Under the pieces are notes generated by a model. That model was not told the origin of the DNA, made no database searches, and saw only the letters and a program-made list of their open reading frames with translations. A program made the translations under genes and the position numbers. 64,000 bases of DNA from Cyanophyceae cyanobacterium. Its GTDB lineage: Bacteria > Cyanobacteriota > Cyanobacteriia > Cyanobacteriales > JBHJGN01. The stretch covers positions 940 through 64,939 of the forward strand of contig JBHJGN010000021.1 in the NCBI GenBank assembly GCA_050331735.1. Reading direction: 5' to 3'. This document shows positions 36,974 through 47,569 of this stretch, in pieces; position 1 is the stretch's first letter; every line of letters begins with the position of its first letter.

Positions 36974-37657
36974 CTACTGCTCCTGGCCAAAACGATAGCC
37001 TCTGCCATAAACGGTGTGAATCAGAGGAGATTCTCCTTGAGCATCTATTTTGCGCCGTAACAGTCGCACGAGGGCTGCTAAAACGTTGCTGCTAGGCTGG
37101 TCTGTTTCTGTCCACAGGTGCTGATAAATCTGTTCGTGGGTGAGTAATTGATGGGGGTGACGCATAAAGTAAACGAGGAGTTTGATTTCTTTCTCCGAAA
37201 GGTTAATCGCCTGTCCCCGACGGTAGGCCAGTTGGTTATCCACATCAACTTCGAGATCTGCTACTTTGAGGCGTTCCGTAGAGGGAGCATCGAGGGTTGG
37301 CGATCGCCTCAGCAGCGCTCGCACTCTAGCCAGCAATTCTCGCAACTCAAAAGGCTTTACTAAATAATCGTCGGCCCCGGCATCTAGCCCGATGACCCGG
37401 TCATCGACCGTATCTTTAGCGGTGAGGAAGAGAACGGGAGTAGTTTTTCCCTGCGATCGTAGCTGTTGACAAATTTCTACGCCTGAACAGCGGGGCAGCA
37501 TCCAGTCGAGAATCAGCAGATCGTACTCTTGCGCTAGCGCTAACTCAATGCCTTGAGCACCGTTGTCAGCTATATCCACCTCATAACCTTCACGAGTGAG
37601 TACTTGGCTAAGAGGCTCGGTGAGTTCTACTTCATCATCAACAAGAAGAATTTTCAT
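36974..37657 (-). CDS. OmpR-family response regulator (receiver + winged-helix DNA-binding domain); no adjacent kinase
   Basis: 227 aa. MKILLVDDE…YDLLILDWMLPRCSG…LTAKD…YLVKPF…, with the C-terminal LSEKEIKLLVYFMRHPHQLLTHEQI…VYGRGYRF. Confidence 0.9.
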   Translation of the reverse strand: MKILLVDDEVELTEPLSQVLTREGYEVDIADNGAQGIELALAQEYDLLILDWMLPRCSGVEICQQLRSQGKTTPVLFLTAKDTVDDRVIGLDAGADDYLVKPFELRELLARVRALLRRSPTLDAPSTERLKVADLEVDVDNQLAYRRGQAINLSEKEIKLLVYFMRHPHQLLTHEQIYQHLWTETDQPSSNVLAALVRLLRRKIDAQGESPLIHTVYGRGYRFGQEQ

Positions 37658-37951
37658 ACAGTTGCTTTTTTGATTGTTGCAGTCTCGTTTTACTTTCTAG
37701 TTGTTTATCGATGGCTGATGGTTAATGGTTGATGATCCCTGGATTCCTCTTGTGTCCCTCGTGCTCTTCAAATCCTGCTATACTAAATCGGCGCTGCGAG
37801 CTACTGCTCAACTGTGGCAGTTTCTTCATTATGAGCCGCTGCCAATCACTCTTAAATGACGGAGAGCTGCCAGTTCGCTTCAGCATCAGCTTGCTCCACC
37901 GTTCCTCGTTCCCTGTCGTCTATATCTATCATTGACTCAACAGTAATCACT

Positions 37952-38608
37952 ATGCTTACCGTCGCACTCCCTAAAGGCGCTCTGTTAGCCGACAGCATCA
38001 ATTTGTTTAAACAAGTTGGTTTGGATTTTAGTGGCTTTTTAGAAGACAGCAATCGGCAGCTTCAAATTTGCGATCCCACTCAGACAGCGAAAGCTCTGCT
38101 GGTAAGAACTCACGATGTCCCTATTTATGTAGAGTACGGACAGGCTCAGCTTGGAATCTCTAGTCACGATATTTTGCAGGAAAAAAGGCCCCAGGTTGCT
38201 AAGCTAGCCGATCTGCGGTTTGGATACTGCCGATTGTCGGTCGCCGTCCGCAACTGCGACTATCACGAAAAAGGCTATACCAGTTCAATTAAACTCCCGC
38301 CTCACGGCAAGGTCGCGTCTAAATTTGTGGGGTGTGCCAAGGAGCACTTTCGCAGCTTAAATTTACCGGTGGAAATTGTGCCGCTTTACGGTTCGGTCGA
38401 ACTCGGTCCGATCACCGGCATGTCTGAAGCCATTGTCGATCTCGTCTCCACCGGACGAACTTTAAAAGAAAACGATCTTAAAGAAATTGATGTTCTCTTT
38501 GAAACCACGGCCCGCCTGATTGCTCATCCTCTGAGCTATCGATTGAATACCAACAACGTTTCTAGCTGGGCAGAAAAAATTCGTCGAGCCACTACAATCG
38601 CTCATTAA
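37952..38608 (+). CDS. hisG: ATP phosphoribosyltransferase, short form
   Basis: MLTVALPKGALLADSINLFKQVGLDF… and …DLVSTGRTLKENDL… are characteristic HisG blocks. I call ATG 37952. The 32 upstream codons in the track ORF look non-coding. Confidence 0.88.
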   Translation: MLTVALPKGALLADSINLFKQVGLDFSGFLEDSNRQLQICDPTQTAKALLVRTHDVPIYVEYGQAQLGISSHDILQEKRPQVAKLADLRFGYCRLSVAVRNCDYHEKGYTSSIKLPPHGKVASKFVGCAKEHFRSLNLPVEIVPLYGSVELGPITGMSEAIVDLVSTGRTLKENDLKEIDVLFETTARLIAHPLSYRLNTNNVSSWAEKIRRATTIAH

Positions 38609-38679
38609 TCAGCATTTAGCCCGATTTAATCAACACCTGACTAAGCTAGAGTGGAGAAACAGCACAGCAGATTATTTGC

Positions 38680-40524
38680 ATGATTTCGACCGCTAAAGCA
38701 CCTCGTAACCATCGTCGGCAGAGCGATTGGCGACTGTTTTTAAAGCTTGTTCCTTACGCTCGCCGCAATCAGGGGTTGCTAGTTGTGGCGATGCTCCTGC
38801 TCATTCCGCTATCGGTAGCCGGAGTTGTACAACCCTTCCTGATTGGACAGGCACAATCACTCCTGCTGGAGGAACCCGTGTGGTTTTTCCTCGAAGACCG
38901 CTCCTTTATCGAAGGTCTCAATCTACTGGCCGGGATTTTTGCGCTGACTCTGCTGGTACGCCTCGTGACCGGTGCTGTGCAAGGATTTTTGGTGCAGAGA
39001 GTCGGACAGGAAATTACCGCAGGTATTCGAGAAGATTTGTTTACCCACGTGACTTCCCTGGCGGTACGCTTTTTTGACCGTACGCCCGTTGGTCGCCTGA
39101 TTACCCGCATTACTAGTGATGTAGAAGCGTTGGGAGATGTTTTTGCTACGGGTGCCATCGGCGTAATTAAGGATATCGCTTTTGTGTTAACCTTCGCCGT
39201 CGTTCTCTTCGTGGCGGAATGGAGGTTAGCCTCAATGCTTGTGGCGATGCTGGTGCCAGCAGGCGCTTTAATCGTGTATTTTCAGCGCCAGTATCGGAAA
39301 GCAAACTATCGGGCGCGCGAGGAACTTTCGACCCTCAACTCCATGCTCCAGGAAAACGTGGCTGGCATTAATATCGTTCAGTTGTTCGGTCGAGAACGCT
39401 TTAACTCCGAGCTGTTTCGGAAGGTCAATACCCGCTATCGGGGCGAACTCGATAAGACCATTTTTCATGAATCTGCCGTTTCAGCGACTCTGGAGTGGTT
39501 TAGCCTAATTGCGATCGCTTTAGTATTGTGGATCGGCGGAGTTCTGGTACTCAGAGAAGACCTGGCTTCTGGAACTTTGACCACGTTTATCCTCTCGGCT
39601 CAGCGCCTGTTTGACCCCATCCGGCAGTTTGCCGACAAGCTCACGACTCTGCAATCGGGCTTTACCGCCATTGAACGCATCGACGAGTTGATGAGCGAAC
39701 CCATTGAAATTCAAGACCCAGAAACGCAAACTCTCGCTAAGTACGGTCGGCAATTGGGGACCGCAGAGCAGTGGGGAGATGAGCCTGGTGTTCGGTCTGG
39801 AGAAATCCGCTTTGAGCACGTTTGGTTCGGCTACAAAGAGGATGAATACGTACTCAAAGATCTGAATTTTACTCTTCGTCCGGGAGAAAAGGTGGCTCTG
39901 GTTGGTCCTACCGGGGCCGGAAAAAGCTCGATTATTCGTCTTCTCTGTCGTCTCTATGAGCCAAACAAGGGCAGAATCTTAATCGACGGCATTGATATTC
40001 GAGATTTAGCGCAAGCCGAGTTACGCAAGTATGTCGGCGTCATTCTGCAAGAGAGCTTTCTCTTCGCTGGAGATGTGAAACGCAACATCACGTTAGGAGA
40101 AGATTACTCGTTAGCCGAGGTGGAAGAAGCGGCGCGACTGACTAATATTGACCGCTTTATCGAGCAGCTCCCTCAATCCTTCAGCACTCAGCTCCGAGAG
40201 CGGGGAGCCAACTTGTCTGGCGGTCAGAAACAGCTCCTAGCGTTTGCTCGCGTTGCCATTCGCTCTCCTCGGGTTTTAGTGCTAGATGAGGCCACGGCGA
40301 GTCTAGATGTGGGAACAGAGGCGCTGATTCAGGATGCTCTAGAGCATTTATTAGAAAATCGCACGGCCATTATTATTGCTCACCGACTGTCTACGATTCG
40401 CAATGTAGACAGAATTATCGTGCTCAAGCGGGGGGAAATTATTGAGTCTGGTTCCCATGAGGAGTTATTGCATCAAGATGGACTGTATGCCAGTCTCTAT
40501 CAGCTACAGATGTTAGGAACTTAA
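38680..40524 (+). CDS. ABC exporter, fused permease/ATPase (MsbA/MdlB-like)
   Basis: 614 aa with a 6-TM N-terminal half. Walker A GPTGAGKSS, signature LSGGQKQ, Walker B VLVLDEATASLD, H-loop IIIAHRLS. Confidence 0.9.
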   Translation: MISTAKAPRNHRRQSDWRLFLKLVPYARRNQGLLVVAMLLLIPLSVAGVVQPFLIGQAQSLLLEEPVWFFLEDRSFIEGLNLLAGIFALTLLVRLVTGAVQGFLVQRVGQEITAGIREDLFTHVTSLAVRFFDRTPVGRLITRITSDVEALGDVFATGAIGVIKDIAFVLTFAVVLFVAEWRLASMLVAMLVPAGALIVYFQRQYRKANYRAREELSTLNSMLQENVAGINIVQLFGRERFNSELFRKVNTRYRGELDKTIFHESAVSATLEWFSLIAIALVLWIGGVLVLREDLASGTLTTFILSAQRLFDPIRQFADKLTTLQSGFTAIERIDELMSEPIEIQDPETQTLAKYGRQLGTAEQWGDEPGVRSGEIRFEHVWFGYKEDEYVLKDLNFTLRPGEKVALVGPTGAGKSSIIRLLCRLYEPNKGRILIDGIDIRDLAQAELRKYVGVILQESFLFAGDVKRNITLGEDYSLAEVEEAARLTNIDRFIEQLPQSFSTQLRERGANLSGGQKQLLAFARVAIRSPRVLVLDEATASLDVGTEALIQDALEHLLENRTAIIIAHRLSTIRNVDRIIVLKRGEIIESGSHEELLHQDGLYASLYQLQMLGT

Positions 40525-40609
40525 ACGACAACAGCAGAAATGGCTGAGGTCGCAGGTGTTTGTTGAGCCATTGCAGTCCCTACCACTACATATTTTGTGC
40601 CTCTTAACA

Positions 40610-41011
40610 ATGATTCAGATTACTCGTGAAGAAAAAGCGCAGCTTCTAGAAACAGCTCGTAGCGCCCTCACGAAAGCCTATGCTCCTTATTCTAATTTTC
40701 GAGTAGGAGCGGCACTGCTGACCGAACAGGGCAACCTCTATGCTGGCTGTAATATTGAAAATAGCTCCTACGGACTGACTTTGTGTGCAGAGAGAAGTGC
40801 GATCGCCTCTGCCATCGTTAGTGAAGGGTCAGCCATGAAAATCCGCGCGATCGCCATTGTCAACGCTTCCCAGGTTGCCTGTTCCCCCTGTGGCGCTTGT
40901 CGTCAGGTGATAGCCGAATTTGGAGCCGACGCAGTGATTCTGTTCCAGGGAGAGCAAGCAATCCTCGAAAAGTCGATCAAAGACCTGCTACCAGCAGCCT
41001 TTGTCCTCTAA
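40610..41011 (+). CDS. cdd: Cytidine deaminase
   Basis: Zinc motifs CAERSAI and PCGACRQ, plus the YAPYSNFRVGAALL block. I call ATG 40610 (MIQITREEKA) rather than the GTG at 40556. Confidence 0.85.
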   Translation: MIQITREEKAQLLETARSALTKAYAPYSNFRVGAALLTEQGNLYAGCNIENSSYGLTLCAERSAIASAIVSEGSAMKIRAIAIVNASQVACSPCGACRQVIAEFGADAVILFQGEQAILEKSIKDLLPAAFVL

Positions 41012-41168
41012 CTTTTAACGTGTCACACGACCATCAATCCCCTTTACCCCTTACCCTTGTCCCTCATTTTTCATTTTTGTCTATTCGTTACTTTCTGAGG
41101 TAAAATTTCCTGATCTACAGATATCCTGGTAGCTAGATAAAGCTGTACAAATTGTTCTCAAGAGACCG

Positions 41169-41987
41169 ATGAAATCTTATCTTGCTGCCGCCGTTCAAAT
41201 GACCAGTACTCCCGACTTAGAGAAAAATCTCAACGAGGCAGAAGAATTGGTAGAACTTGCTGTACGTCGGGGAGCAGAACTCGTGGGATTGCCGGAAAAT
41301 TTTCCGTTTCTAGGCAAAGAAGAAGATAAGCTAGCTCAGGCTGCGGTCATCTCTGAGAAAACCGAAAAATTCCTGAAAACAATTGCGCAGCGGTTTCAGA
41401 TTACTCTTTTGGGAGGTGGCTTTCCGGGAATCGTGCCGGAAGACGCCCATCGTGTTTACAATACGGCAGTGTTGCTCGACCCAAGCGGAACTGAATTAGC
41501 CCGTTACCAAAAGGTCCATCTGTTTGATGTCAACGTGCCAGATGGGAATACCTACCGAGAATCGCGAACGGTTCAGTCTGGCAGCGTTTTACCTCCGATC
41601 TATGCTTCTAAGCATCTCGGGATTATTGGCATTTCCATTTGCTACGATGTTCGCTTTCCAGAACTCTACCGCCACCTCTCTGACAAAGGAGCGGATGTCT
41701 TGTGCATTCCTGCCGCTTTCACCGCCTTTACGGGCAAAGATCACTGGCAGGTACTGCTACAAGCCAGAGCGATTGAAAACACCTGCTACGTCATTGCGCC
41801 AGCTCAAACCGGCAATCACTACGAAAGACGCTATACCTACGGTCACGCCATGATTATCGATCCCTGGGGAGTCATTTTAGCCGATGCCGGAGATCGACCA
41901 GGAGTAGCGATCGCCGAAATTAGCCCCCTGCGCCTAGAGCAAGTTCGGCGACAGATGCCTTCTTTACAGCATCGAGTGTTTGTTTAA
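41169..41987 (+). CDS. Carbon-nitrogen hydrolase family protein (Nit/omega-amidase-like)
   Basis: 272 aa. Glu is in LPENF, Lys in YQKVHLFD, and Cys in ISICYDVRFPE, the classical E-K-C triad context. Confidence 0.85.
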   Translation: MKSYLAAAVQMTSTPDLEKNLNEAEELVELAVRRGAELVGLPENFPFLGKEEDKLAQAAVISEKTEKFLKTIAQRFQITLLGGGFPGIVPEDAHRVYNTAVLLDPSGTELARYQKVHLFDVNVPDGNTYRESRTVQSGSVLPPIYASKHLGIIGISICYDVRFPELYRHLSDKGADVLCIPAAFTAFTGKDHWQVLLQARAIENTCYVIAPAQTGNHYERRYTYGHAMIIDPWGVILADAGDRPGVAIAEISPLRLEQVRRQMPSLQHRVFV

Positions 41988-42060
41988 TTCTGCGGGAATA
42001 CTAACGACCGAATTTTGCCAGAAGGGTAAGTAATCGCTAAAAAGTAAGCTTGAAAAGACT

Positions 42061-42765
42061 ATGGTGCAATCTGACCCTATATACTTACCTCAAGGAGACG
42101 AACTACCTAGTTCTGATGGTCTGCCAGTGGACAATGAACTACACATTCTCGTGCCAAATCTGCTGAGCTTCATTCTCGGTTTTATTTGGGCAAACCGTTG
42201 GGACTGGTACTTTGGCGTTAATATGGGCATTTACTATGCTACTGGGGTTAATCCGAGAGTACCAATTGTCCCGGATGCTTTTCTAAGCTTGGGAGTTGAA
42301 CGAATTAAAAGGAATCGATTGCGGGAAAGCTATGTTGTCTGGGAAGAAAACGATGTTGCCCCTATTTTTGCTCTAGAAGTTGTTTCTAAAACTCCGGGGG
42401 GTGAGTACGAGCAAAAAATGGCTCGGTACGCTCAACTGGGAGTACTGTATCTCGTCATTTACAACCCCGATTACTGGCAGCGAGATAGAAGAGAACCTTT
42501 TGAAGCTTATTGTCTAGTAGAGGGAGAGTATCAGCGACGGTTGGGGGAACCGTTCTGGATGAGTGAAGTTGGATTAGGCATTGGTAGAGACATAGGCACT
42601 CACAAAGGATTGCAAAAAGAGTGGCTCTACTGGTTTGACGAACAGAATAATCGCTATAGCTCTCCAGAAGATGTAGCAAGAGATGAACGGCAGCAGCGGG
42701 AAGAATTAGAAATGCTGCTTAACCGCTACCGAGAGCGATTTGGTGAACTGCCGGAGCAAGAATAA
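42061..42765 (+). CDS. Uma2-family (DUF820) putative endonuclease
   Basis: 234 aa. VPDAFLSLG…APIFALEVVSKTPGGEYEQKMARYAQLGVLYLVIYNP matches the PD-(D/E)xK-like core of Uma2 proteins, which are abundant in cyanobacteria. Confidence 0.7.
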   Translation: MVQSDPIYLPQGDELPSSDGLPVDNELHILVPNLLSFILGFIWANRWDWYFGVNMGIYYATGVNPRVPIVPDAFLSLGVERIKRNRLRESYVVWEENDVAPIFALEVVSKTPGGEYEQKMARYAQLGVLYLVIYNPDYWQRDRREPFEAYCLVEGEYQRRLGEPFWMSEVGLGIGRDIGTHKGLQKEWLYWFDEQNNRYSSPEDVARDERQQREELEMLLNRYRERFGELPEQE

Positions 42766-42922
42766 GCAGCTCAAATTGAGCTGGCTCAAAGCAGCCGCCG
42801 GAATCTTATCGAAGCGATCGCTCAGATCTCGTCGAGGTAGCCCTAATTCCTTGCCAAAAAGAGGGGTAGCAAGCAGCTACCCCAACATTTTAATTAGCTG
42901 AACGAGGCCTGTCTATCAACGC

Positions 42923-44002
42923 TTACACCGATACAGCCTTCTTAGTAGACGCATCCAACTCGCCCTTGGCATACTTAGCGGCATAGTCTTCAAGAGTCAT
43001 TTGCTTGATCTTGCTGGCGTTGCCTGCCGTCCCAAATGCCTCGTAGCGATCCAGGCACACTTGCTTCATGTACTTGATCGAAGGCTTGAGGAAGTGGCGA
43101 GGATCGAAGTTAGACGGATCTTTAGCAGCCGCTTCACGGATAGCCGCGGTAATTGCCAAGCGGTTGTCGGTATCAATGTTAACCTTGCGAACGCCGCTCT
43201 TAATCCCTTTCTGAATTTCTTCAACGGGAACACCATAGGTTTCAGGGATCTCACCGCCGTACTGGTTGATCATGTCCAGCCACTCCTGGGGAACAGAAGA
43301 AGAACCGTGCATCACCAGGTGAGTGTTGGGCAGACGACCGTGAATTTCTTCAATGCGGCTAATAGCGAGAATTTCGCCAGTCGGCTTACGAGTAAACTTA
43401 TAGGCTCCGTGGCTGGTGCCAATGGCAACGGCTAAAGCATCTACCTGAGTTCGCTCGACAAACTCAACAGCTTCGTCTGGGTCGGTGAGCAGTTGCTCTT
43501 TGCTGAGCGTTCCTTCAAAACCGTGTCCATCTTCTTTATCACCCTTCATGGTTTCCAAAGAACCGAGGCAACCGAGTTCCCCTTCAACGCTAGCGCCTAC
43601 GGCATGAGCAACTTTGACTACCTCAGCCGTTACGTTAACGTTGTACTCAAAGCTAGCTGGAGTTTTGGCATCTGCCTCCAGAGAGCCGTCCATCATTACG
43701 CTAGTAAAGCCGTTGCGAATCGCAGAATAGCAGGTAGCCGGACTGTTACCGTGGTCCTGGTGCATGGCGATGGGAATGTGAGGGTATGATTCCACCGCTG
43801 CCATAATCAAGTGACGCAGGAAGTTTTCGCCTGCATACTTACGGGCACCGCGAGAAGCTTGTAAGATAACGGGACTGTTTGCTTCCTCAGCAGCCTGCAT
43901 AATGGAGATAATCTGCTCCATGTTGTTGACGTTAAATGCAGGAATACCGTAGTTTTCCTCAGCCGCGTGATCTAGAAGCAGCCGCATAGGTACGAGCGCC
44001 AT
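42923..44002 (-). CDS. fba: Fructose-bisphosphate aldolase, class II
   Basis: 359 aa. [30 protein letters not shown]…HQDHG…LVMHGSS… is collinear with cyanobacterial class II FBA. Confidence 0.95.
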   Translation of the reverse strand: MALVPMRLLLDHAAEENYGIPAFNVNNMEQIISIMQAAEEANSPVILQASRGARKYAGENFLRHLIMAAVESYPHIPIAMHQDHGNSPATCYSAIRNGFTSVMMDGSLEADAKTPASFEYNVNVTAEVVKVAHAVGASVEGELGCLGSLETMKGDKEDGHGFEGTLSKEQLLTDPDEAVEFVERTQVDALAVAIGTSHGAYKFTRKPTGEILAISRIEEIHGRLPNTHLVMHGSSSVPQEWLDMINQYGGEIPETYGVPVEEIQKGIKSGVRKVNIDTDNRLAITAAIREAAAKDPSNFDPRHFLKPSIKYMKQVCLDRYEAFGTAGNASKIKQMTLEDYAAKYAKGELDASTKKAVSV

Positions 44003-44436
44003 AGATATTCTCCTAGTTATTTCTTTCTAGTTGTTAAGAAAATTAGCTTTCTTATTTGTCAATCTTAAGATAAATTGCTGCCTTTGACTCATCGATTTTT
44101 CCTGAGCCTGAGACTTTGCCAGCAATTCCAACAGAAATTGAGTAATTCAGTATCGTTTAATACATTTAGGAGTGATGGCTGCTCACGTCCACTTTTTCAG
44201 GCTCAATTGCTAATATATTTCAATTGCTGCGTCAGCATAAGCTGTTGAATACTCAACAAAAACTCTAAGCTTGAGACGCAGAAAGCGTTATCTTCTCTAG
44301 CTTTTCGTTGTTCATCGTTAACAGACCAATTCCTCGATCGATTTGACAAGCCTCCCATTTTTTTGCAAAATCTTGTTAAGAACGTTCGATAAATATTAGA
44401 ACTATATACAAACATACAGAGGAGAGATAAAAAACA

Positions 44437-45477
44437 ATGAATCAGTATGCAGAAGAATTACGCTCTACCGCCAAAGCAATGGTAGCTCCGGGTAGAGGCA
44501 TCTTAGCTATGGACGAGAGCAACAGTACCTGCAATAAACGCTTTTCTGCCAATGGGATCGACACCACCGAAGACAAACGGCGAGATTATCGAGAGCTAAT
44601 TTTGAAGGCTCCTCAGTTAAGTAACTATATCAGCGGCGCGATTTTATACGATGAGACGATTCGCCAGTCTACAAGAGATGGGGTTCCCCTAACCCAGGTG
44701 ATGAAGGAGGCCGGAATCATTATTGGCATTAAAGTAGATATGAAAGCCAAAGATTTGGCCATGTGTCCCGGTGAGAAAGTCACCGAAGGGCTCGATGGAT
44801 TGCGCGATCGCATTGCAGAATACTACGAAATGGGAGCACGATTTGCCAAGTGGCGGGCTGTAATTGCCATCGGTGATGGTATTCCCAGCCGCACCTGTAT
44901 TGAAGCCAATGCCCATGCCTTAGCGCGCTACGCGGCGTTATGTCAAGAAGGGGGCTTAGTGCCTATCGTTGAGCCAGAAGTTCTGATCAACGGCGACCAC
45001 ACCATCGAGCGCTGCTATGAAGTCACCGATGAAACCCTTCATGCCGTCTTCAACGAGCTTTACCGCCAGCGAGTCGAGTTTGACCAGATGATTCTCAAGC
45101 CTAGCATGGTCATTTCCGGACAAGACTGCCCAACCCAGGCAAGCGTTGAAGAAGTAGCCGATGCGACTATCAAGTGCTTACTCAAAAACGTGCCAGCTAG
45201 CGTTACTGGGATTGCCTTCCTCTCCGGCGGACAGTCAGAAGAACAGGCAACGGCCCATCTCAACCAAATGAACGCTAAGTATGGCGACACGCTTCCCTGG
45301 CGCGTCACCTTCTCCTACGCTCGCGCCATTCAGCAGCCTGCCCTCAATCACTGGAAAGGTGAAGACTCTAACGTTGAGCAGGCGCAGAAGCTGCTGGTAG
45401 AGCGGGCTAAACTGAACGGCGCTGCCAGTCAAGGCGAATATACAGCGGACATGGAGAAAGAGCCAGCACTGGTCTAG
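44437..45477 (+). CDS. fda: Fructose-bisphosphate aldolase, class I
   Basis: 346 aa. GILAMDES…FAKWRAV…EPEVLI…LKPSMV (Schiff-base Lys context) …FLSGGQS… are class I aldolase blocks. Confidence 0.9.
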   Translation: MNQYAEELRSTAKAMVAPGRGILAMDESNSTCNKRFSANGIDTTEDKRRDYRELILKAPQLSNYISGAILYDETIRQSTRDGVPLTQVMKEAGIIIGIKVDMKAKDLAMCPGEKVTEGLDGLRDRIAEYYEMGARFAKWRAVIAIGDGIPSRTCIEANAHALARYAALCQEGGLVPIVEPEVLINGDHTIERCYEVTDETLHAVFNELYRQRVEFDQMILKPSMVISGQDCPTQASVEEVADATIKCLLKNVPASVTGIAFLSGGQSEEQATAHLNQMNAKYGDTLPWRVTFSYARAIQQPALNHWKGEDSNVEQAQKLLVERAKLNGAASQGEYTADMEKEPALV

Positions 45478-45703
45478 TTTCTGCTTTGACTAAATAGACA
45501 CTTTCACCCTAGGTTGGTAACTACGCTTTCCTAGGTTTTTTAGGAAGGAGCAAATGCTGGAATAATATGAAATCCTGTAGCTATTGTTTTTGAGGAAGTG
45601 AATTAAAGAGGTGTGCTTCTCGATACTCTGCAACTACTGACTGCTTGGACTTAGAGAGAGGAATTTGATCTATCTCGTCCCTATACTCAGGCTTTCTCCT
45701 TAT

Positions 45704-46729
45704 TTAATCAAAATCTGTATACTGAGGCGGGCTATCTCCGACTCGGTTGCTAATTATGGGGTACTTCCCTGGTGGCGTTTGCTCTACAATATCTACAACA
45801 TTGATCTGATGCCACCAATCATCACCGAAGTCAAACCAATATCCAAACACTTCATTCACAGCTAGATCTAAAGAAGCGATCGCCGTACTTGCGACATCAC
45901 CCGTCAGGGCTTCTGCTTCAGATGGAGCAGCTCGTTTCACCCCGTAGCGTTTAGCGTTCGGGTCGTGCGGTCCTTGTCCTTTAAGCTGAAATTCATACAG
46001 GTGTTCTTCCCTACGGTCAAACGCTTGAAAGATAGTTTTGTGCAAATCTGCCAGGGTGCTGCGGCCCTTCATTTCTATCGTGCGAGATACCACTGGATTG
46101 TTGGCAATAAAGGCTTCTGTAAGCGGGCCGTCTAGTAAGTAAACGTCGAAGACGTATAGAGTATCTGGAGATGCCTTAACGGCTGGCTTTTGACTTGGTT
46201 CCGACGCTGCCGCCTGCTCACTAGTATCTGGAATATAAGGAATCAATCCCTGATTATAAGCAAATTCCTGAAGCTCACGGGAAGCCGAACGAGTATCAAC
46301 GACCATGCCATTGAGCGAAATCAACCAGGCGAGAGGATTCTCGTCCATTTTACTAGGCAAACACCACTCCGGGTCCATTTGATGCATTTCTAGAATATCT
46401 CGCACCAGTTTTGACTTGGTCTGTCCGGTACTGGAACTGACCCCAAATTCCTGATAGAGATTTTTGGCGCTGATATGAGGATCTTGGGATGGGTCAAAGA
46501 GAAAATTGACCATTCCAACGGCATGGGTAATACCGCACGCCCAGGTTCTATCCCGACCCTTAGCTAGTGGCGACGGTCGCTGGCGACAGAGGGCGGCTGT
46601 AGCATACCGAATCAACTGAGCATACTCATCATTTAAATATTGCTGGCAAAAGTCGTCTGTGATGGTGACGATCCCATCAAACTTGTCTTGCATCGCCTCG
46701 GGGACGCTTTCTGATTGAGATTTAGCCAT
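45704..46729 (-). CDS. Fusion of a DUF6398-like N-terminal domain and a plasmid pRiA4b ORF-3-like (PF07929-type) C-terminal domain
   Basis: 341 aa. The C-terminus has LYEFQL…GYWFDFGDDWWHQINV, the signature I associate with pRiA4b ORF-3 / IS1096 passenger proteins. The N-terminus has WACGITHAVGMVNFLFD. Both are from recollection. Confidence 0.6.
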   Translation of the reverse strand: MAKSQSESVPEAMQDKFDGIVTITDDFCQQYLNDEYAQLIRYATAALCRQRPSPLAKGRDRTWACGITHAVGMVNFLFDPSQDPHISAKNLYQEFGVSSSTGQTKSKLVRDILEMHQMDPEWCLPSKMDENPLAWLISLNGMVVDTRSASRELQEFAYNQGLIPYIPDTSEQAAASEPSQKPAVKASPDTLYVFDVYLLDGPLTEAFIANNPVVSRTIEMKGRSTLADLHKTIFQAFDRREEHLYEFQLKGQGPHDPNAKRYGVKRAAPSEAEALTGDVASTAIASLDLAVNEVFGYWFDFGDDWWHQINVVDIVEQTPPGKYPIISNRVGDSPPQYTDFD

Positions 46730-47035
46730 ATCTGCGTTTAGCCAAGCTCATTTCTGACCGTTGCTTTAGATCTTATCGTTTAAACTGAGTAGGCGATCAC
46801 GTCTCGGCTAAATTTTGCCTTAAATTCATTTTCTGAGTCGAGAATCAGAATCATTGCATTCAAGGATAGTTGCTCCTTTCCCATTGCTCTTCTATGCGTA
46901 CGTCTCGAAAATTCCTCGCCTCTTGTTTAAACGATCGAAAACATGATGAAGCAGGAAACGATACAGTTGACGGAGTTGGCAATGATGTTTTCTTCAATAC
47001 TTCCAGCTCAATTAAAAGAAACTATCATCTGATCA

Positions 47036-47434
47036 GTGTTAGATAAGGCCAGAAAAATGAGATTAGCAGTCATTGCCCATGACGGAAAAAAGGCTGAAAT
47101 GGTCGCCTTTCTCAATAAACACATGAATTTCCTAGACGCCGTGGGGACAGATATTGTCGCCACCGGGACAACTGGTAAACATGCACAAGATGCAGGCCTA
47201 GAAGTTGAGCGGTTGCTTTCTGGTCCCCTGGGAGGCGATGCTCAAATTGCAGCTTTAGTCGCCGAACAGAAAGTAGAAATGGTCATCTTCTTTCGAGATC
47301 CGTTGGGGAAACATCCCCATGAGCCAGACGTCCAGATGTTAATGCGGGTATGCGATGTTCACAACGTTCCTTTAGCGACCAATCCGGCTACAGCGGCAAT
47401 GCTTCTACACGGTTGCGCTAAAAAGCTACAGTAA
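47036..47434 (+). CDS. mgsA: Methylglyoxal synthase
   Basis: LAVIAHDGKKAEMVAF…ATGTTG…LSGPLGGDAQIAALV…FFRDPL…HEPDVQMLMRVCDVHNVPLATN is collinear with MgsA. The start is either GTG 47036 or ATG 47057. Confidence 0.88.
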   Translation: MLDKARKMRLAVIAHDGKKAEMVAFLNKHMNFLDAVGTDIVATGTTGKHAQDAGLEVERLLSGPLGGDAQIAALVAEQKVEMVIFFRDPLGKHPHEPDVQMLMRVCDVHNVPLATNPATAAMLLHGCAKKLQ

Positions 47435-47569
47435 AGCTTAAATCCCTCTCTTGTGTTCTCTTTAAGAGAATGCTATATTTTAAAACCATAAAATCTCCTT
47501 GGGAAGTTAAGGGAATGGTTACAGATTGACTGGCCCCCTCAGTGTTGCTGCGCGGAGATTGTTTAAGAG

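Noticed and set aside
37244-37252. DnaA-box-like TTATCCACA
   Set aside because: It is a single occurrence inside the OmpR-family coding sequence, with no cluster of boxes or AT-rich unwinding element nearby.
44203-44415. 70-aa ORF in the spacer between the two aldolase genes
   Set aside because: It is very AT-rich with a low-complexity translation (MFVYSSNIYRTFLTRFCKKM…). It lies where the divergent promoters are expected, and nothing supports it.
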